The notes under the pieces are model-generated. The model did no database searches. It had not been told where the DNA came from and saw nothing but the letters and a program-made list of their open reading frames with translations. Of a stretch of 64,000 bases of DNA, positions 42,979-55,168 are shown in pieces. Made by a program: the position numbers and the translations under genes. Source of the stretch: Diplonema japonicum (taxonomy: Eukaryota; Protista; Euglenozoa: Diplonemea); contig OZ025680.1 in assembly GCA_964019335.1 (NCBI GenBank), positions 1 to 64,000 of the forward strand. The letters run 5' to 3'. Position 1 is the first letter of the stretch; each line of letters starts with the position of its first letter.

Positions 42979-45900
42979 TTAACGATCATTGAAAAAAGCA
43001 ACAAAAGAATGAGCCGTGTAAATGTGAAAACTACAAGCTCCCGAGATAGTCAGTGTATGGACGCTCACGGTAGTAGAATACCCTGTGGAGATGGATAAGG
43101 TAAAACTAACATACTCATCTGGTGTGCATGGAGTGCTCGATGTGTCAGCATTTCTCTCGCCTAAGTACAGCGCTGGAGCGAATCGCTCTTGCATATCTGC
43201 TTCCAGAGCAGAAATATCATCACTTTCAACCTTTCCACTTTTGTTTCTTGGGGAAATAAACCGCTTAGGGCTAGGGAAAAACCGCGGAGACACTGAGGGC
43301 TTCTGTGAAGCTTTTGTCGAAGAGCGCATGACATCCTTCAACACCATACTCCATGACCTCTGGTCCAAGGTGCCTTCCTTCAGAGCCTGAGCACGCTGAG
43401 CCTCAAAAAGCTCTACAGGGTTCTCTAACATATCCTTCTTGTTCACCTCCATTGTAGCCCTCTCCCATTTCCTCCTTGCGCGTACACCGCGGTGCTTGTA
43501 GTAAATGTCCATCAGCAGTGACGTTTTGTGCTTAAAGGAGTCCATTTCTTCGACAACCGTGTGCTTAGTGATTTTTGGCATCTTCAGCTGCTTCTGTGTG
43601 ATGACTCCACTCAAGTTTACGTTCTGCTTCTTGGCGAAGGATATCAAGCGTTCCTTTCGCGGGGTACACACTTTTGGTGAAACGAGTGGTGGGGGCACTG
43701 GTTCTCGTGGTGTAATGTGGTCCCATGAGGTACCTCGCAAAGAACACTCTGAGAAGGGTATGGACTGTGGGAAATTATCGAGGGATACTCTTTTGGATTT
43801 CTGTGGTGGGCTCTGAAGAGATTGTGGGGAAGGGGACACAAGTGTAGCTACGTCGTCACTGCTGTCGCACCATTGACGTCTGATGAAAGCGAGCGACTTC
43901 CCCTTAGGCAGCGAGGACACGTTGGTCGTGTGGACGATGGCCTCAGGGATACTAAAGTCCTCCCTGCTCGCCTTGACCCAAGCACCGATGGATCTTTGTC
44001 CGTCCTGCTTTGAAGACAAGCTGCAAAGTTCATTCCCTTTATAATCCCACACAAGCACTTGATTGTCGAGCAGACCAGCTGTGATGATGTGGTGTTGGGT
44101 GACAACGAATGTTGACATTTCATCGCAGTGTGCCTGCCACCTGTTTACAACCGGCAATGCCATGAAGTGCAGCGGCTTTGTAAAACCACTGCAACGGTAC
44201 TTCTGTGCTACTACCTGACAATCGTACATCGTCACCCAGCCCTGGTCATCTGCGGCGATCAGAAATGACAGCTCTTCACTGTACCTTAATTGCAACCCAG
44301 AGGGCCTCCTCAGTGACAACTTCACGTTTTCCCCAGTCTCTAACATTCCTTTTACAACTCCTTTTTTGTGCTGATAATCTGGATTCGTCAACTTCCTCTC
44401 GCACAACACCCCGTATTCATCGGTGTTTTCCATTGTGCACCACAGCTGCACTTTTCCTTTTGCTGTCGCAACACCGATGACATCTTCACACACCCACACC
44501 AAGTCGTTGACTTCTGTGTGCCCTGCGCTGAACCTGCCCGTGATAGCTTTGAGCAGGATGTCGGTCACAAGAATGTCGCCCATCTGCGTGCTGAAGGCCA
44601 CGACTGTACGTGCAGGGACCACGCTAATAGCGCTGATCTCAGTTTCAAAGAGGTTCACTTCCCATTGCACTCTCTTTACTTTTTCATGTTTGTCAGTGAG
44701 GACCACCGCCCACCCTGTCTCATACCCTACCACCACGCGCCTGCCACCAACACTGCAGTAAGCCATCCTACTTATGGCATCCACCCGTGGTATGCAAATA
44801 TGTAGCACTTGCAACACCGACAGAAACACCACCTCCCCGACAGATGTCCCTAGCACTGCGTTGCGGAGGTGCCGTGTAGAGCATGTAATCTTCCCCTTGA
44901 CCAACGGCACCAAGGGAACGGCTACCTGCTTAAACTCAGTGTTCCACTCCTTGACCTCTGCGGCTGTATATGTGACAATTGACTCATTCAACCACTCCAC
45001 ACCACGCACCGCTTCGTAATGGGCTGTGTTCTTGTTCGAGTACGTGGCTCTCCAAGAGGTGACACTCTTCCCAAACCCTACCACCTGGCACTTGCTGGGA
45101 ATGTACACTAGACATGTGGGGTTAGGCTTCATTGCTTTGTTGGAGGTCAGGACATGCCTCACGCTCAAGGTTACAAGGCACCAGATTTTCATGTCGCCCT
45201 TTGTGTCCATTGTGACGATTTCCGGTGTGTTTGGGAATGACACTAGGTCCACAAGGATGGCGCCTTGCATGGTGCTAAGTCCGAGGCTGTGGGAGTGTTT
45301 AGGGTAGTGAACTGCCCAGATGGTAGGGTTGGTGGTTGCATGCCCGATGGTAACGAAGCAGGGGTTGCATGTGTTCATGACAAGGGCTCTAATGCCGTTG
45401 TCAGTGCTGACGGTGGCGGTGATGCACTCGCGAGCCGTGTCATAGAGGATGAGGTCGCCGCTCCGTGAGGCAACTGCGAGGAGCCTTTCGGTGGCATGCA
45501 GGGCAGTGATGGAACTCGATGTGATTTTTAGCTTCGTGTGGGGCTCCGCACTAAGCGCGGTGGGGGAAGTAGTGCGGCCCTTGAGGATGGCCGGGGAGAA
45601 GGAGGTAAGCACACCGTCGCGAGCACCTGTGAAGATGCGGTCGCAGTGCGGGTGGTAACATAGAGTGTGGATAGGCACGAGGGAGAAAAAAACCTTGCGA
45701 AGCTTCAGCTTGTTGAGGAAAAGTTCGTAAACATGGACGGTGGAAAAAGTGGTAGCGAGGACAAGGCAAGTGGCGGTGGGGGACTGAATGAGCTCGCAGG
45801 CTTGGGGGAAAAGGGAGTCTCCCACAGGATGTGCAACGGTAAAGGTGTCGAGACTGACAAGCGAAACGACACCTGATTGTGTGCCAAGGAGGATGCAATG

Positions 45901-46188
45901 CATACTCTCAAGCACAGAGGCAAAGACGACAGTATCGTGGGAAGTCAGGCCCTGCACCTCGCACCGCTCGTACTCATCTGGCTTTGCGTACACGCCACGG
46001 TCTTCTGCACGCTTGGACACGTACTCTTCAAAGTCACGCAGCAGCTCTTCCTCTCCCTGCAAAAGGACCTCCTCGCCCTTCGCCTTCTCGAACACTTTCA
46101 TTAGCTGGCATATCGATCCCCCGTTCTCATATGAATATACGTCCACCAGCTGCGAGAGCCTCTCTGGTGTCAGTTGCACCGAGTGCAT
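42979..46188 (-). CDS. WD40-repeat protein
   Basis: Multiple GH/xH...TG..DG...W(D) repeats. The 3' end may include an intron. Confidence 0.82.
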   Translation of the reverse strand: MHSVQLTPERLSQLVDVYSYENGGSICQLMKVFEKAKGEEVLLQGEEELLRDFEEYVSKRAEDRGVYAKPDEYERCEVQGLTSHDTVVFASVLESMHCILLGTQSGVVSLVSLDTFTVAHPVGDSLFPQACELIQSPTATCLVLATTFSTVHVYELFLNKLKLRKVFFSLVPIHTLCYHPHCDRIFTGARDGVLTSFSPAILKGRTTSPTALSAEPHTKLKITSSSITALHATERLLAVASRSGDLILYDTARECITATVSTDNGIRALVMNTCNPCFVTIGHATTNPTIWAVHYPKHSHSLGLSTMQGAILVDLVSFPNTPEIVTMDTKGDMKIWCLVTLSVRHVLTSNKAMKPNPTCLVYIPSKCQVVGFGKSVTSWRATYSNKNTAHYEAVRGVEWLNESIVTYTAAEVKEWNTEFKQVAVPLVPLVKGKITCSTRHLRNAVLGTSVGEVVFLSVLQVLHICIPRVDAISRMAYCSVGGRRVVVGYETGWAVVLTDKHEKVKRVQWEVNLFETEISAISVVPARTVVAFSTQMGDILVTDILLKAITGRFSAGHTEVNDLVWVCEDVIGVATAKGKVQLWCTMENTDEYGVLCERKLTNPDYQHKKGVVKGMLETGENVKLSLRRPSGLQLRYSEELSFLIAADDQGWVTMYDCQVVAQKYRCSGFTKPLHFMALPVVNRWQAHCDEMSTFVVTQHHIITAGLLDNQVLVWDYKGNELCSLSSKQDGQRSIGAWVKASREDFSIPEAIVHTTNVSSLPKGKSLAFIRRQWCDSSDDVATLVSPSPQSLQSPPQKSKRVSLDNFPQSIPFSECSLRGTSWDHITPREPVPPPLVSPKVCTPRKERLISFAKKQNVNLSGVITQKQLKMPKITKHTVVEEMDSFKHKTSLLMDIYYKHRGVRARRKWERATMEVNKKDMLENPVELFEAQRAQALKEGTLDQRSWSMVLKDVMRSSTKASQKPSVSPRFFPSPKRFISPRNKSGKVESDDISALEADMQERFAPALYLGERNADTSSTPCTPDEYVSFTLSISTGYSTTVSVHTLTISGACSFHIYTAHSFVAFFNDR

Positions 46189-46944
46189 TTCACACAGAAT
46201 TCATTTTCAAACCATTTTCCGCCTGGTATTTTAATTCTAAAAAAAAAAAAGGGGCATGTTTGATTCAAGCTAATCAGGGTTGGGAAGGAGAGTTTTTTTT
46301 TTAAAAAAAAGGGGTCGAAGGGAAGCTTTCTTCTTCTTCTTATTTTTCTCCGTTCTTTTTTTCTTTTTGAAGTTTTTCTTTAACACTTTTGCCGCCTTCA
46401 GGTGGACATGGGAGTTGAGCAGGGAGAAATAAGTGCCTTTTTTTTGTTCCCATAAAGGGGTTGGAAGGGAGAAAAAAATAAAAAACACCGCTTTTTGTAG
46501 AGAAAGAAATTTCTTAAAAAAAAACTTGACAAACTGTCGTGTAAAGACCCCACCCCAAACCGTGTGTGTGCTTTTCTTTTTTTTTTTCTCTCCTTTTTTT
46601 TAAATAATTGCCGTTGTTTGCTGTGTTTTTCTCTTTGGCATGTTCTTCTCATAAATCTTCATTTCTGAAGCAGGACCTTGAGATCTTTTTTTTTACTTTC
46701 TTCTTTCTTCTTCAGGCCTCTTCTGTTACTCGGCTATAAATCCCCTTTCTCCAACTTGTATTTTACAAAAAAATAAGAAGTAATAAAAAAAAAAAAAAAA
46801 GGAATGGGGGTGGGAGTGGGAAAGGGAGCAAGAGAGGAAAAAAAAAATCGGAAAAAAAAATAAAATGGAATGGATTCTTTTTATAAAAAGGAAGGAATTG
46901 CAAGCAGGTATTTTTTTTTTTACAGGAAAATAAGGGGCGGGTTA

Positions 46945-48339
46945 CTAGTACGAGGAGGATGCCTTGTCCACCTCTTCAGTCTTCCCCTCTTCGAGAAGTT
47001 TCTCCCACTTGACAAGTTGGGCAACACCGTCGATGACCAAGTTTACGAGCTCCACCTCGGACTTCCCGATCCTGTCGGCGTTCGAAATGTCCCACTTGCC
47101 GCCAGTCGAGGCAGAGTCCACACCTGCGGTACCACGAGCCTGCAACCTCATCTTCTTCAGCACGTCCTTAAAATCAGAGCGGGCACTGAACAGGGGCAAG
47201 TTGACCAAGGTCCCTGCACGCAACCCTGTCCCCAAGTTGGATGGGCACGTGAGGATCCACCCCAACCTGTCGCTGTGCATGAAGTCCGACCCTTCCATCT
47301 TGAGCACCTTCTGCACCTGCTCGCAAGCCCTCACGAATCTCCCAAACGTCTCTTTCATGTTCTTGTCACGCTGCATGCTGACAATCCTCAAGTGGTCTTC
47401 CTCACCCACCCACACGAACAAATTCTTCTCATCGTTATGGAAGATGCCACGACCATCGGGCCAGTGGCGCCCCATACCACTAGCAAGTAGCAGCGTGCTG
47501 TCGGGCTCCTGGAACAAGTTGCCCATCTTCCTCAGATCGCCTTCCTTCTCCTCGCTCATCCCATTGGGCTTCGCCGAGTACGAGTGGCTCCCGTGTAGCG
47601 GGAAGTAGTCGCCCTTAAGGTCGCCAGAGAGGTTGCTGAGACCCTTCACGGCGATGGCTTCCAGCCTGCGGCGCTCTTCGAACTCAATAGTTGGCGGGAG
47701 ACGGTAGCCCTTGATGCTCCTCCCTGTGCGCACACGGGTGGTTTCCACGTACTTCCCGTCAGGGTCCATGTCGGTATCGCTCACCTTAGCGAGGTCAAGG
47801 TCTGTGGGCTGCTTGGCGTCGGCACCATATCCGCCATGCCTAGCGTCGATGATGGGGTCAAACAGCTCCTTGAAGACTTCGTAGCTCTCCTCGTCACCCG
47901 CGGTGAGCCCCACGGTCTTGATGTGAGGATGCCCGGGGTTGTCCACACCAGTCTTCATGCAGTGCGCGAGGGTCACATTGTTAGGAGTAGTCTTCTTCTT
48001 CAGAGCGTCGTACACGTCCTTGTGCTCGCGTAAGAAGTCAGCCATGAAGTTGTTATGGTTGCTGAAGTCGGGCATCTCATCGGGTGTCACACCGTCTGGA
48101 GCGAAGGTGGCGTTCTTCTCCGCACAGTTGTAAGGTTTGTCGCCGCATCCCACCTGGATCCAGCCCTCCAGCTTCTTCACACCCTTGGCAAGGCCATGGG
48201 GCGGGTAGTCAAAGTACTCAGCAAGCCACGGCCTCGCGTCTGCAGGCCTCTCCTTCACCAAAGCCTGCACAGCACCATCGATCAAGTCGGGCACCTTCTG
48301 CTTGCGAAGGTACTCCAAGTTCTCGGGGTCCTTCTCCAT
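46945..48339 (-). CDS. Creatine-kinase-like phosphagen kinase with an N-terminal RIIa/Dpy-30-like docking domain
   Basis: TGVDNPGHPHIKTVG..AGDEESYEVFKELFDPII, RVRTGRS, EEDHLR, CPSNLGT and RGTAGVD. Confidence 0.93.
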   Translation of the reverse strand: MEKDPENLEYLRKQKVPDLIDGAVQALVKERPADARPWLAEYFDYPPHGLAKGVKKLEGWIQVGCGDKPYNCAEKNATFAPDGVTPDEMPDFSNHNNFMADFLREHKDVYDALKKKTTPNNVTLAHCMKTGVDNPGHPHIKTVGLTAGDEESYEVFKELFDPIIDARHGGYGADAKQPTDLDLAKVSDTDMDPDGKYVETTRVRTGRSIKGYRLPPTIEFEERRRLEAIAVKGLSNLSGDLKGDYFPLHGSHSYSAKPNGMSEEKEGDLRKMGNLFQEPDSTLLLASGMGRHWPDGRGIFHNDEKNLFVWVGEEDHLRIVSMQRDKNMKETFGRFVRACEQVQKVLKMEGSDFMHSDRLGWILTCPSNLGTGLRAGTLVNLPLFSARSDFKDVLKKMRLQARGTAGVDSASTGGKWDISNADRIGKSEVELVNLVIDGVAQLVKWEKLLEEGKTEEVDKASSSY

Positions 48340-48514
48340 GTTTAAAAGTTGTAAAGTAAGCTGGAGAATAAACTTGAACATCACAAGAATGCATAAAAAA
48401 TATACAAACAGTAAGCACGCCCAGATAGAAGGGACTTGAACTGACCCAAAAAAACCATACAAGGTGCACACTATCCGCATACATAACCGCTTCTTAGTTA
48501 AAAGTGCACAGTTC

Positions 48515-49670
48515 TTACTCTTGAGCACCCACAGACATTGTCTGGGACCCGAACCTGCAAAATGGAGTACAATAACAAAAGTGAGCATACCAGGTTTCCC
48601 CTTTGTTCAGTGTAACTGGCTTCTTTATGGCGCCCACTTCTATGCACACCATGTTGCGCCACCCGTAGTTGTTAAAGTCTCGCATTTTGCTTGCCTTCTC
48701 GACCCAAGGGTTCCACAGTACCGCATCTGGGAGGGTAGGGCTCTTGTGCAGCAGGGTCTTGCCCTGATATTTATCGTGTAGAACCAGCTCGTTAGGTGTG
48801 TCTAAGTAGATCCTGTCCGTCTCCTTTGTGATATCCAGGTGGTCTTCCGACTCTTCAACGCATTCTTTCCTCTCTGTGAATATTGTGAATGTGTGAAATG
48901 GTATGCATACCCTGCAGGTTGTCCATGTACGTAAGCCCGTTGAGCCCTTCGACACGTGCCCCGTCGATGTGCGACACGTTGAAGTACGTGTGCAGTGCAG
49001 TGGTGAAGTCAAAAGGAGCAGTGCCAGTGTTCTCCACTTTGAGTGAGGTGGTGAGTGTATGTGGTTTGAGGTGCACGGTATAAGACACGGCAAAGGGGCG
49101 ATCCCACTGAGCACGTGTCGCATCATTCTCTGTGTGCTGCAAAGTGACGGATACGTTGTTCGTGTTGGCTTCTGTGTCGACGATCCTCCACTCTGAGCTG
49201 TTTCTGAGGAAGCCGTGCTGGGGGAGGTCGCCAGGACCGAACTGCGGCCAACAGATGGGAATGCCGCCCCTGATGGCCTTGGAGTCGTCGTACACAGCAT
49301 CGGGCGACACCCACAATGCATCGCGGCCACCCACAGACCACCTCGTCACGTGTGCACCGTGCAGGTACACCTCTGCGATGTTCCCGTCCGTTGCACCATC
49401 CCCGTGCTGTAGCACCACCTTCACCATGCCGTTTGCCCCTAGACGGAACATCACCCTGTTTTCAATTCCGTGTTTGCTGTTCAGTTTCTCCAGCATCTGC
49501 CTTTGCAGAGACTTGCACATGCCCCCCAGAGGGTCAACAGGCAACTTGTCCTTAAACACGTCCGACAGCATCGTATCCACCACATCGGGGATCTTCTCGT
49601 TCCTGAACTCGTCCATTAGATCTTGCATCGTGTCGTATTTTGTCCTGTGGTGCGACTTCATGATGGGCAT
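48515..49670 (-). CDS. D-hexose-6-phosphate mutarotase (glucose-6-phosphate 1-epimerase) with an N-terminal RIIa/Dpy-30-like segment
   Basis: GAHVTRW, AIRGGIPICWPQFG, QHGF.R, ALHTYF, DRIY, VLWNPW and MVCIE. Introns at 48874-48910 and 48555-48590. Confidence 0.92.
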
Positions 49671-49726
49671 GTCTAATCTAAATATCTATCTACGAGGTAT
49701 CTGTTTTAACAAAAACCGTGACCACT

Positions 49727-52700
49727 TCAATAATAGGTCCCCTTAAACCGGGGTGTTCTATTAGGTGTACTGGTATGACTCTTGTTAGGCGGGGACACGT
49801 ACCGAGGTCTGGCCCCGTGCCTGTCCCGGTTGCACACCGACTCGATATGGCGGTGCAGAGGGGATGACTCTTCAGGTTCTATGGGGGTCACATTTCCAAT
49901 CGTCCACATTTCAGACGGTTTTTGCAAACTGAGCTTTCTTGCCAAGGACTTCATTGGTGAGGTAATAGAGATAGATGAGGCCTCGGTGTCGTAGGCCGGG
50001 CGGGTAACTGTAGTGTGTGCAGAGAGGCTGCTGTGCGAGTGGTTGGGGTTGGCGACTGCCATGAAGAGGTCGTGGACGGTGTGGAGCTGCTTCGTGATGG
50101 CGTCCTCCATCTCCACAATCCTGTGAAGGATGTTTTTCAGAGATGACTCCCGCTGCTGCCTGTGGTGGCCAAGTGTCTCACACAGGCTTTCTAAGCGATC
50201 CACAAGAACCGACACAGTCTTCGTTTCGTGCTTGGCTATGGACGCATGGACACAGTCATCGGAGTGAATGTGACTGTGATGTATGTGGCTGTGCGACAGT
50301 TGTGAATCCCATCTCTTTGGTGACACACCCCTCCTTGGCGACACGTCCTTAGCAGCTCTTTGTTCCACAATATGCGCCTGCTTTGCCAACGCCATAATCT
50401 CCCCCACGACCTGCCCGCATCTTGATGTAATGCCTCGGACGTTTTCCAAGAACCCTTCGCTTAAACCCATCGTTTGCTTGCCCCACCCACATTCTTCGAT
50501 GAACTCTTTCAACGACTCTAAACTAGTGCCCAGCGTCACGTTCAACACCTTGACCCTCCCCTCCAACCCGCCGTTGAGGATCGCCTCTGCAGCGCTGCCT
50601 TGCTTGACAAGCGTTTTGAACTCTCTTTTTAACTCCTCAAACTTCAGCACTCTCTGCCTGAAGTCCTCCTCAACTTTTGCCTTCTCCTCCTCCATTGTGT
50701 GTAACCTGTCGTCTGTTGTTGCAAGCCTCTCTCTTGCCGCGTTTAGTTCGTCACGAAGAGTAGTGGTATCGTCTCCTAGCTTGCTGGCATCCTGTGAAGA
50801 TAGCTCTAAGTCTGTTCGTAACTTTTGGGCATCGAATTCCAACTTCAACTTCTCTTCCTCTAAAGCGAGCTTTTGGTTGTGCTCCTCATCAAGGTCAGCT
50901 TCAAGGGAAGCGATACAGCGTTGCATGACCGTTACCTCTTTGCGGGCCTCGTTTCTTTGCTGCACGACGCTTGCTAGCTGCTTGCACACAACTTCCTGCA
51001 GCACCGTCAGCCTGCTGACGTAATGTGCGATGGTAACGTCGTTGTTCTTTTTGATTTTTGCGATAGTAGCGTTCAGCCCGTTCATCTTATCGGAAATCAG
51101 CTCCTTCACACCTGCCACACACCTAGCAGCTGCTTCCAACGCACGGATTGTATCATCATGGCTGAGCTCTTCTTCTTCCACCCCTTTCACGTACACCATT
51201 TCCAGAACCTTGAAGCATGCCATTTGATACTTTTCAGTTTGCTTCACTAGCCCTGTCGTTAATTCCTCGCTGCTGGCGCACTTCTCACTGTGCTCTTCAT
51301 ACAGTGTTTCGTATTGCGATGCCAGTGTCTCGTTCACGTCCTCCAATTCATTGATTCTGTTCTCAAGCTCAAGTATCTTGTGCTCATTGTTGAGTTTTTC
51401 GACTATGTCGCTTGCTGCAGGAATATGCGAGGGACTGAGGCTGCGAGCGGAAGGACCTATGTTTATCTAAATTAGACTCCTGTAATCATACTCTTCTTGA
51501 TACTCGAAGCGGACTGCGTCCTCATCAACTCCATGCCTATCTGGCTATGGGCTAACGTTGCATGCAGGGGCGAGGTAGGCTGGATCAGCGGGGAGAGCGT
51601 CCTAGGGCCTGGTGGATCAGCCATAGTAGCCAGAGGTGAAAGGGTGCGGTGTTCTGGCTGTACCAATTTCCTTCCTGAGAGGGTTCGTGGCAGCTGGTTT
51701 TGGATTTTCCTTCCCGAGAGTGTCCTTGTCAGAGTGGGGCGTGTCCCTGACAGAGTTCGCAGGTTAGTCGTAGGGTCGGGTTGCTCTGCGTCAATTCTTC
51801 CTGACAGCGTGCGGAACAAATTCCGCTCCTTTGCCTGTGGTGACATTCTACTCGAAAGAGTACGATGGAGCTGTTCAGGGCCCTGTCTCCCTGAGAGGGT
51901 GCGGTGCATGGCATTAGGCGGCGGGCTGCTCGCCAGCATAGGGCTCAGGGTGCGTGCCATTTCGTTCGCAGCTTTCGCTGCACGAGGAGTAACTGTTTCT
52001 GCTTCGAACCTGTAACGGTGTCCAAGAAAGGCGAGCATACCTATCGAAGTTCACAGACTCCACCAAGCTGATTGGTGACGAAAGATCTTGCGGAGACCTC
52101 AAGGAGCGGGAACTGTGGCTTCTGATAGACTGTGCACCAGGGCTCCTCAACATCGATTTAACTGATTCTGCCTTGTTCAGTGATCGCATGGACTCTGTCC
52201 TTCTAACAGATGAGTTTCTCATAGATTCAACCCTCTTCATAGAGCGTGAGGACACAGTCTTGGCAACAGCCAAGGGCGACGCTTGATGGGAAATGAGAGG
52301 GGTGCTGTACGGGGATGTTGCTGCTGCTGTTGTGATAGGTCGCTTGAAAGAGGTCCCTTTCTCTAGCTTCAGCGGGGAAACGAGGCTGCGTTAAAGATGA
52401 GTTGCACGGGTTTCATACCTCTTAGCAGACACCATTCTGTCAACACTTTCCGCATTCAACCGCAAGCTACGAGCAGAGCAGCTCTTTTCCAGTTGTGGAA
52501 ATAAGTTCAAGGGTGTCACACGCGGCGTGGCGGCTTTGGACGTGAGCCTTGTTAAATTCCTTGGCGTGATTGCGCGATGCATGAGCAGCGGCGAAGCCAA
52601 GGTGCCAACTAACTGTGTTGGGTTAGCCTTAGGCACCGCTCGGGGTGTTGCAGCTTTACTTCGTTGGGACCCTTGCCTAGACAATCTGCTATTGGATCGT

Positions 52701-54614
52701 GACAAACTCCTCGCAAGTGGCGACCTGTGTTGTTGATCACATAAAAGGGCGCATACTCCGGAGACGGTGACAAAGCCCTTGGTGTCTCGACTCTGACAAT
52801 CTCAACTTGCTGTAAGTCCTCCGCGTTCTTGAAGCTGTGGGCGATTAGAAAAATGACACCGCAACACACCTCAGGTTTCGGTCACAGGCGGCTGCATTTG
52901 GCGACAACATGCTCGCGGACTTACAGATCGCTCTTGCAAGAGGTGACTCGCATGCAGGAGGGCCAACATCTATAGTCATGTACCCAGTGTGTCTCCTCTG
53001 TTGCAGAGAAGGCAAGGATGTGTTGCTATTTGTGCGTGAAATAGGGAAGCTGTACTGATTCATGGGCTTATCTTTGTTAAGCAGTGCTTGCACGGGCAGT
53101 GTTTTCCTTCGGCCGTCTGCATCGCTACAATCGAAGTCACTCTGCTCTAAATCGTTGTCAACCTCTTCTTCCTGATCTTCGTCTTCTCGCAGCAAGCTCG
53201 CAGAGTGCTCTCTGAAACTGCCTTCCTGCACAGTCGAAATTTCTCTCAAAGAAGGATCCTTATCATCAAAAGCAACTTGCATCGACCCGTTAGTTGTGAA
53301 GAGTTCAAGGGCTTTCCTGCTCCCTTGACTCCTGAAGCTAACATCCCTGCTTACTGCCTTTGGTGGTGCGTCTGCCGCTATCACAGGAGTTGGTGTCTTT
53401 GACCCATCTTCGATGTGTGTCGCCTCCGGTTGGTGCGCGAGGGCATCCTCTAGAGCATCTGCAAGACGGTTCCGTTCCTCCAAGGCCACACTCAGCTCAT
53501 CCTCTAACTCGTGTATCCTGTTGATGTGTACTTCGTGCGCTTCAGCATGTTCCTCGCACCTCTCCTTCAGGCAGTCTCTTTCTAGTTCGATAGCTGCAAT
53601 GGACACTTGGTACTCTTCCAAGAGCGAATCTTTTCTTCGTACCTTGCTTTCAAGCAGTTTCGTGTTGTGCACGTACGCCTGCAAGTCGTCTTCAAGCTTT
53701 GTCACAGTGCCTTTCCATCTAAAGTCGCAATTCTTGGCGGTGAGCTCTTCCTTGTATCGAGCCTCGAGGACAGCCTCCTCTTGTAACACAGTACACCGTT
53801 GGCGTTCTTCGTTGACTTGCACACGGAGGTCGACCTTCTCAGAGTTGACAAGCCGCAGTTCATCCTCTAGCTTGCGGAGATGCTTCTCTACTTCTGTCCG
53901 CAAGTTACATTCTGCTGAAATGTCATTTAAAAGCTTTTCTTCTGTTTCCTGAGAACGGTGCTTTTGCTCGTGTGCAGCACCCCGCAAGGCTTGCACTTCC
54001 TTCCACAAATGGTCGCATTTAGCGCGGGTTTCCTCCAGCATGATATCGGTGTTGTGCCCCTCTGACCTCACTGCCTCGGAACTTTCGGACAACTTCTTGT
54101 TCAAAGACTGCAGCTCGTTGGTAGCAGCCTGCAGCGTTTTATTCTTTGTCGACAACCTGTTGATCTCTTCTTCCTTTTCTTTAAGGGTGTCTTTTAGGGT
54201 TGTAAGCTGTGCTTGTGCGCTGCCGCTGGCATGCTCTTCTGTAGCAGACAGCTTCACGATCTCTACCTCCTTCTCCCTGACGGTTCTGTCCAACTCAGAA
54301 AGCTTCCTGTCCCTTTCGTTAATCGCCTGCTGCAGTCTAGCATTCTCTTCTGTCATTAACGTGTTCTCGGATTTTAAATCGTTCATCAGCAGCAGCTTTT
54401 CAGTCACCTCATCCCCAAGGTCTAAGGACTGCAACTGCTCCTCCATAGTCAACAACCTGAGCTTAAGGTCGAAGTTTATCTTCCTAATTCGGTTGTGATC
54501 CTTCTCTAAATCCTGGTAGGTAGGCTGTGGGTTTTGCCGGTACGGCGATGTGATCCGAGGCCCATAGGAATGATCGGAACCACCGAAGGAGTCATCGAGG
54601 CCTGTTGAGTACAT
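49727..54614 (-). CDS. Large coiled-coil protein with an N-terminal centrosomin CM1-like motif and RTLS repeats, multi-exon
   Basis: TYQDLEKDHNRIRKINFDLKLRLLTMEEQL, long heptad regions and consecutive ORFs separated by short introns. It could be two genes. Confidence 0.7.
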
Positions 54615-55168
54615 GGCATGCCTGTGGTGGTGATGCTGAGCGTGAACGGGACAAAGAAAACTAATGAAGCGAGATTGCTCGGAAGAACACAAACAACTAG
54701 GCAAAAAAAAAAGCTGTCTCGATTTTAGTGGTGCCATGCAGTATGTGACACAGCGGCCACCCTTGTGAAACTTCGCCCCGAAGCCTCCCAAGTCCCCTGT
54801 GGTCCCGTAGAAAGTAAAGTGGAGAGGTAAAGAAAGCTTGGAAATTGAAATAGGGAGAGGGGCCACAGAAGCAATTAAACACCAACTAGAGAGTTGTGGG
54901 AGGCTTGCTTCACTGGCACGATGCCGCGGGGAGGCTACTTGACCTGGTGAAGCCACCTCCTTGTTCGATGTAATGGGATAAGGGACTCTCCGTTGAGGGC
55001 GATGCTAACTGGCGCCACGCGTGGGCTCTCCACCCCCGTCCAGGTTTCCCCACGTGTACGGCTTTAGAACGAGAGTTTCCCTTTCGCTTGTGTTTCTCCA
55101 AACCACAATTACCAGGAACCACCACAGGGAGGTTGGAAACATTGGTCCCCCCCCAAAAAAAAAGAAGA

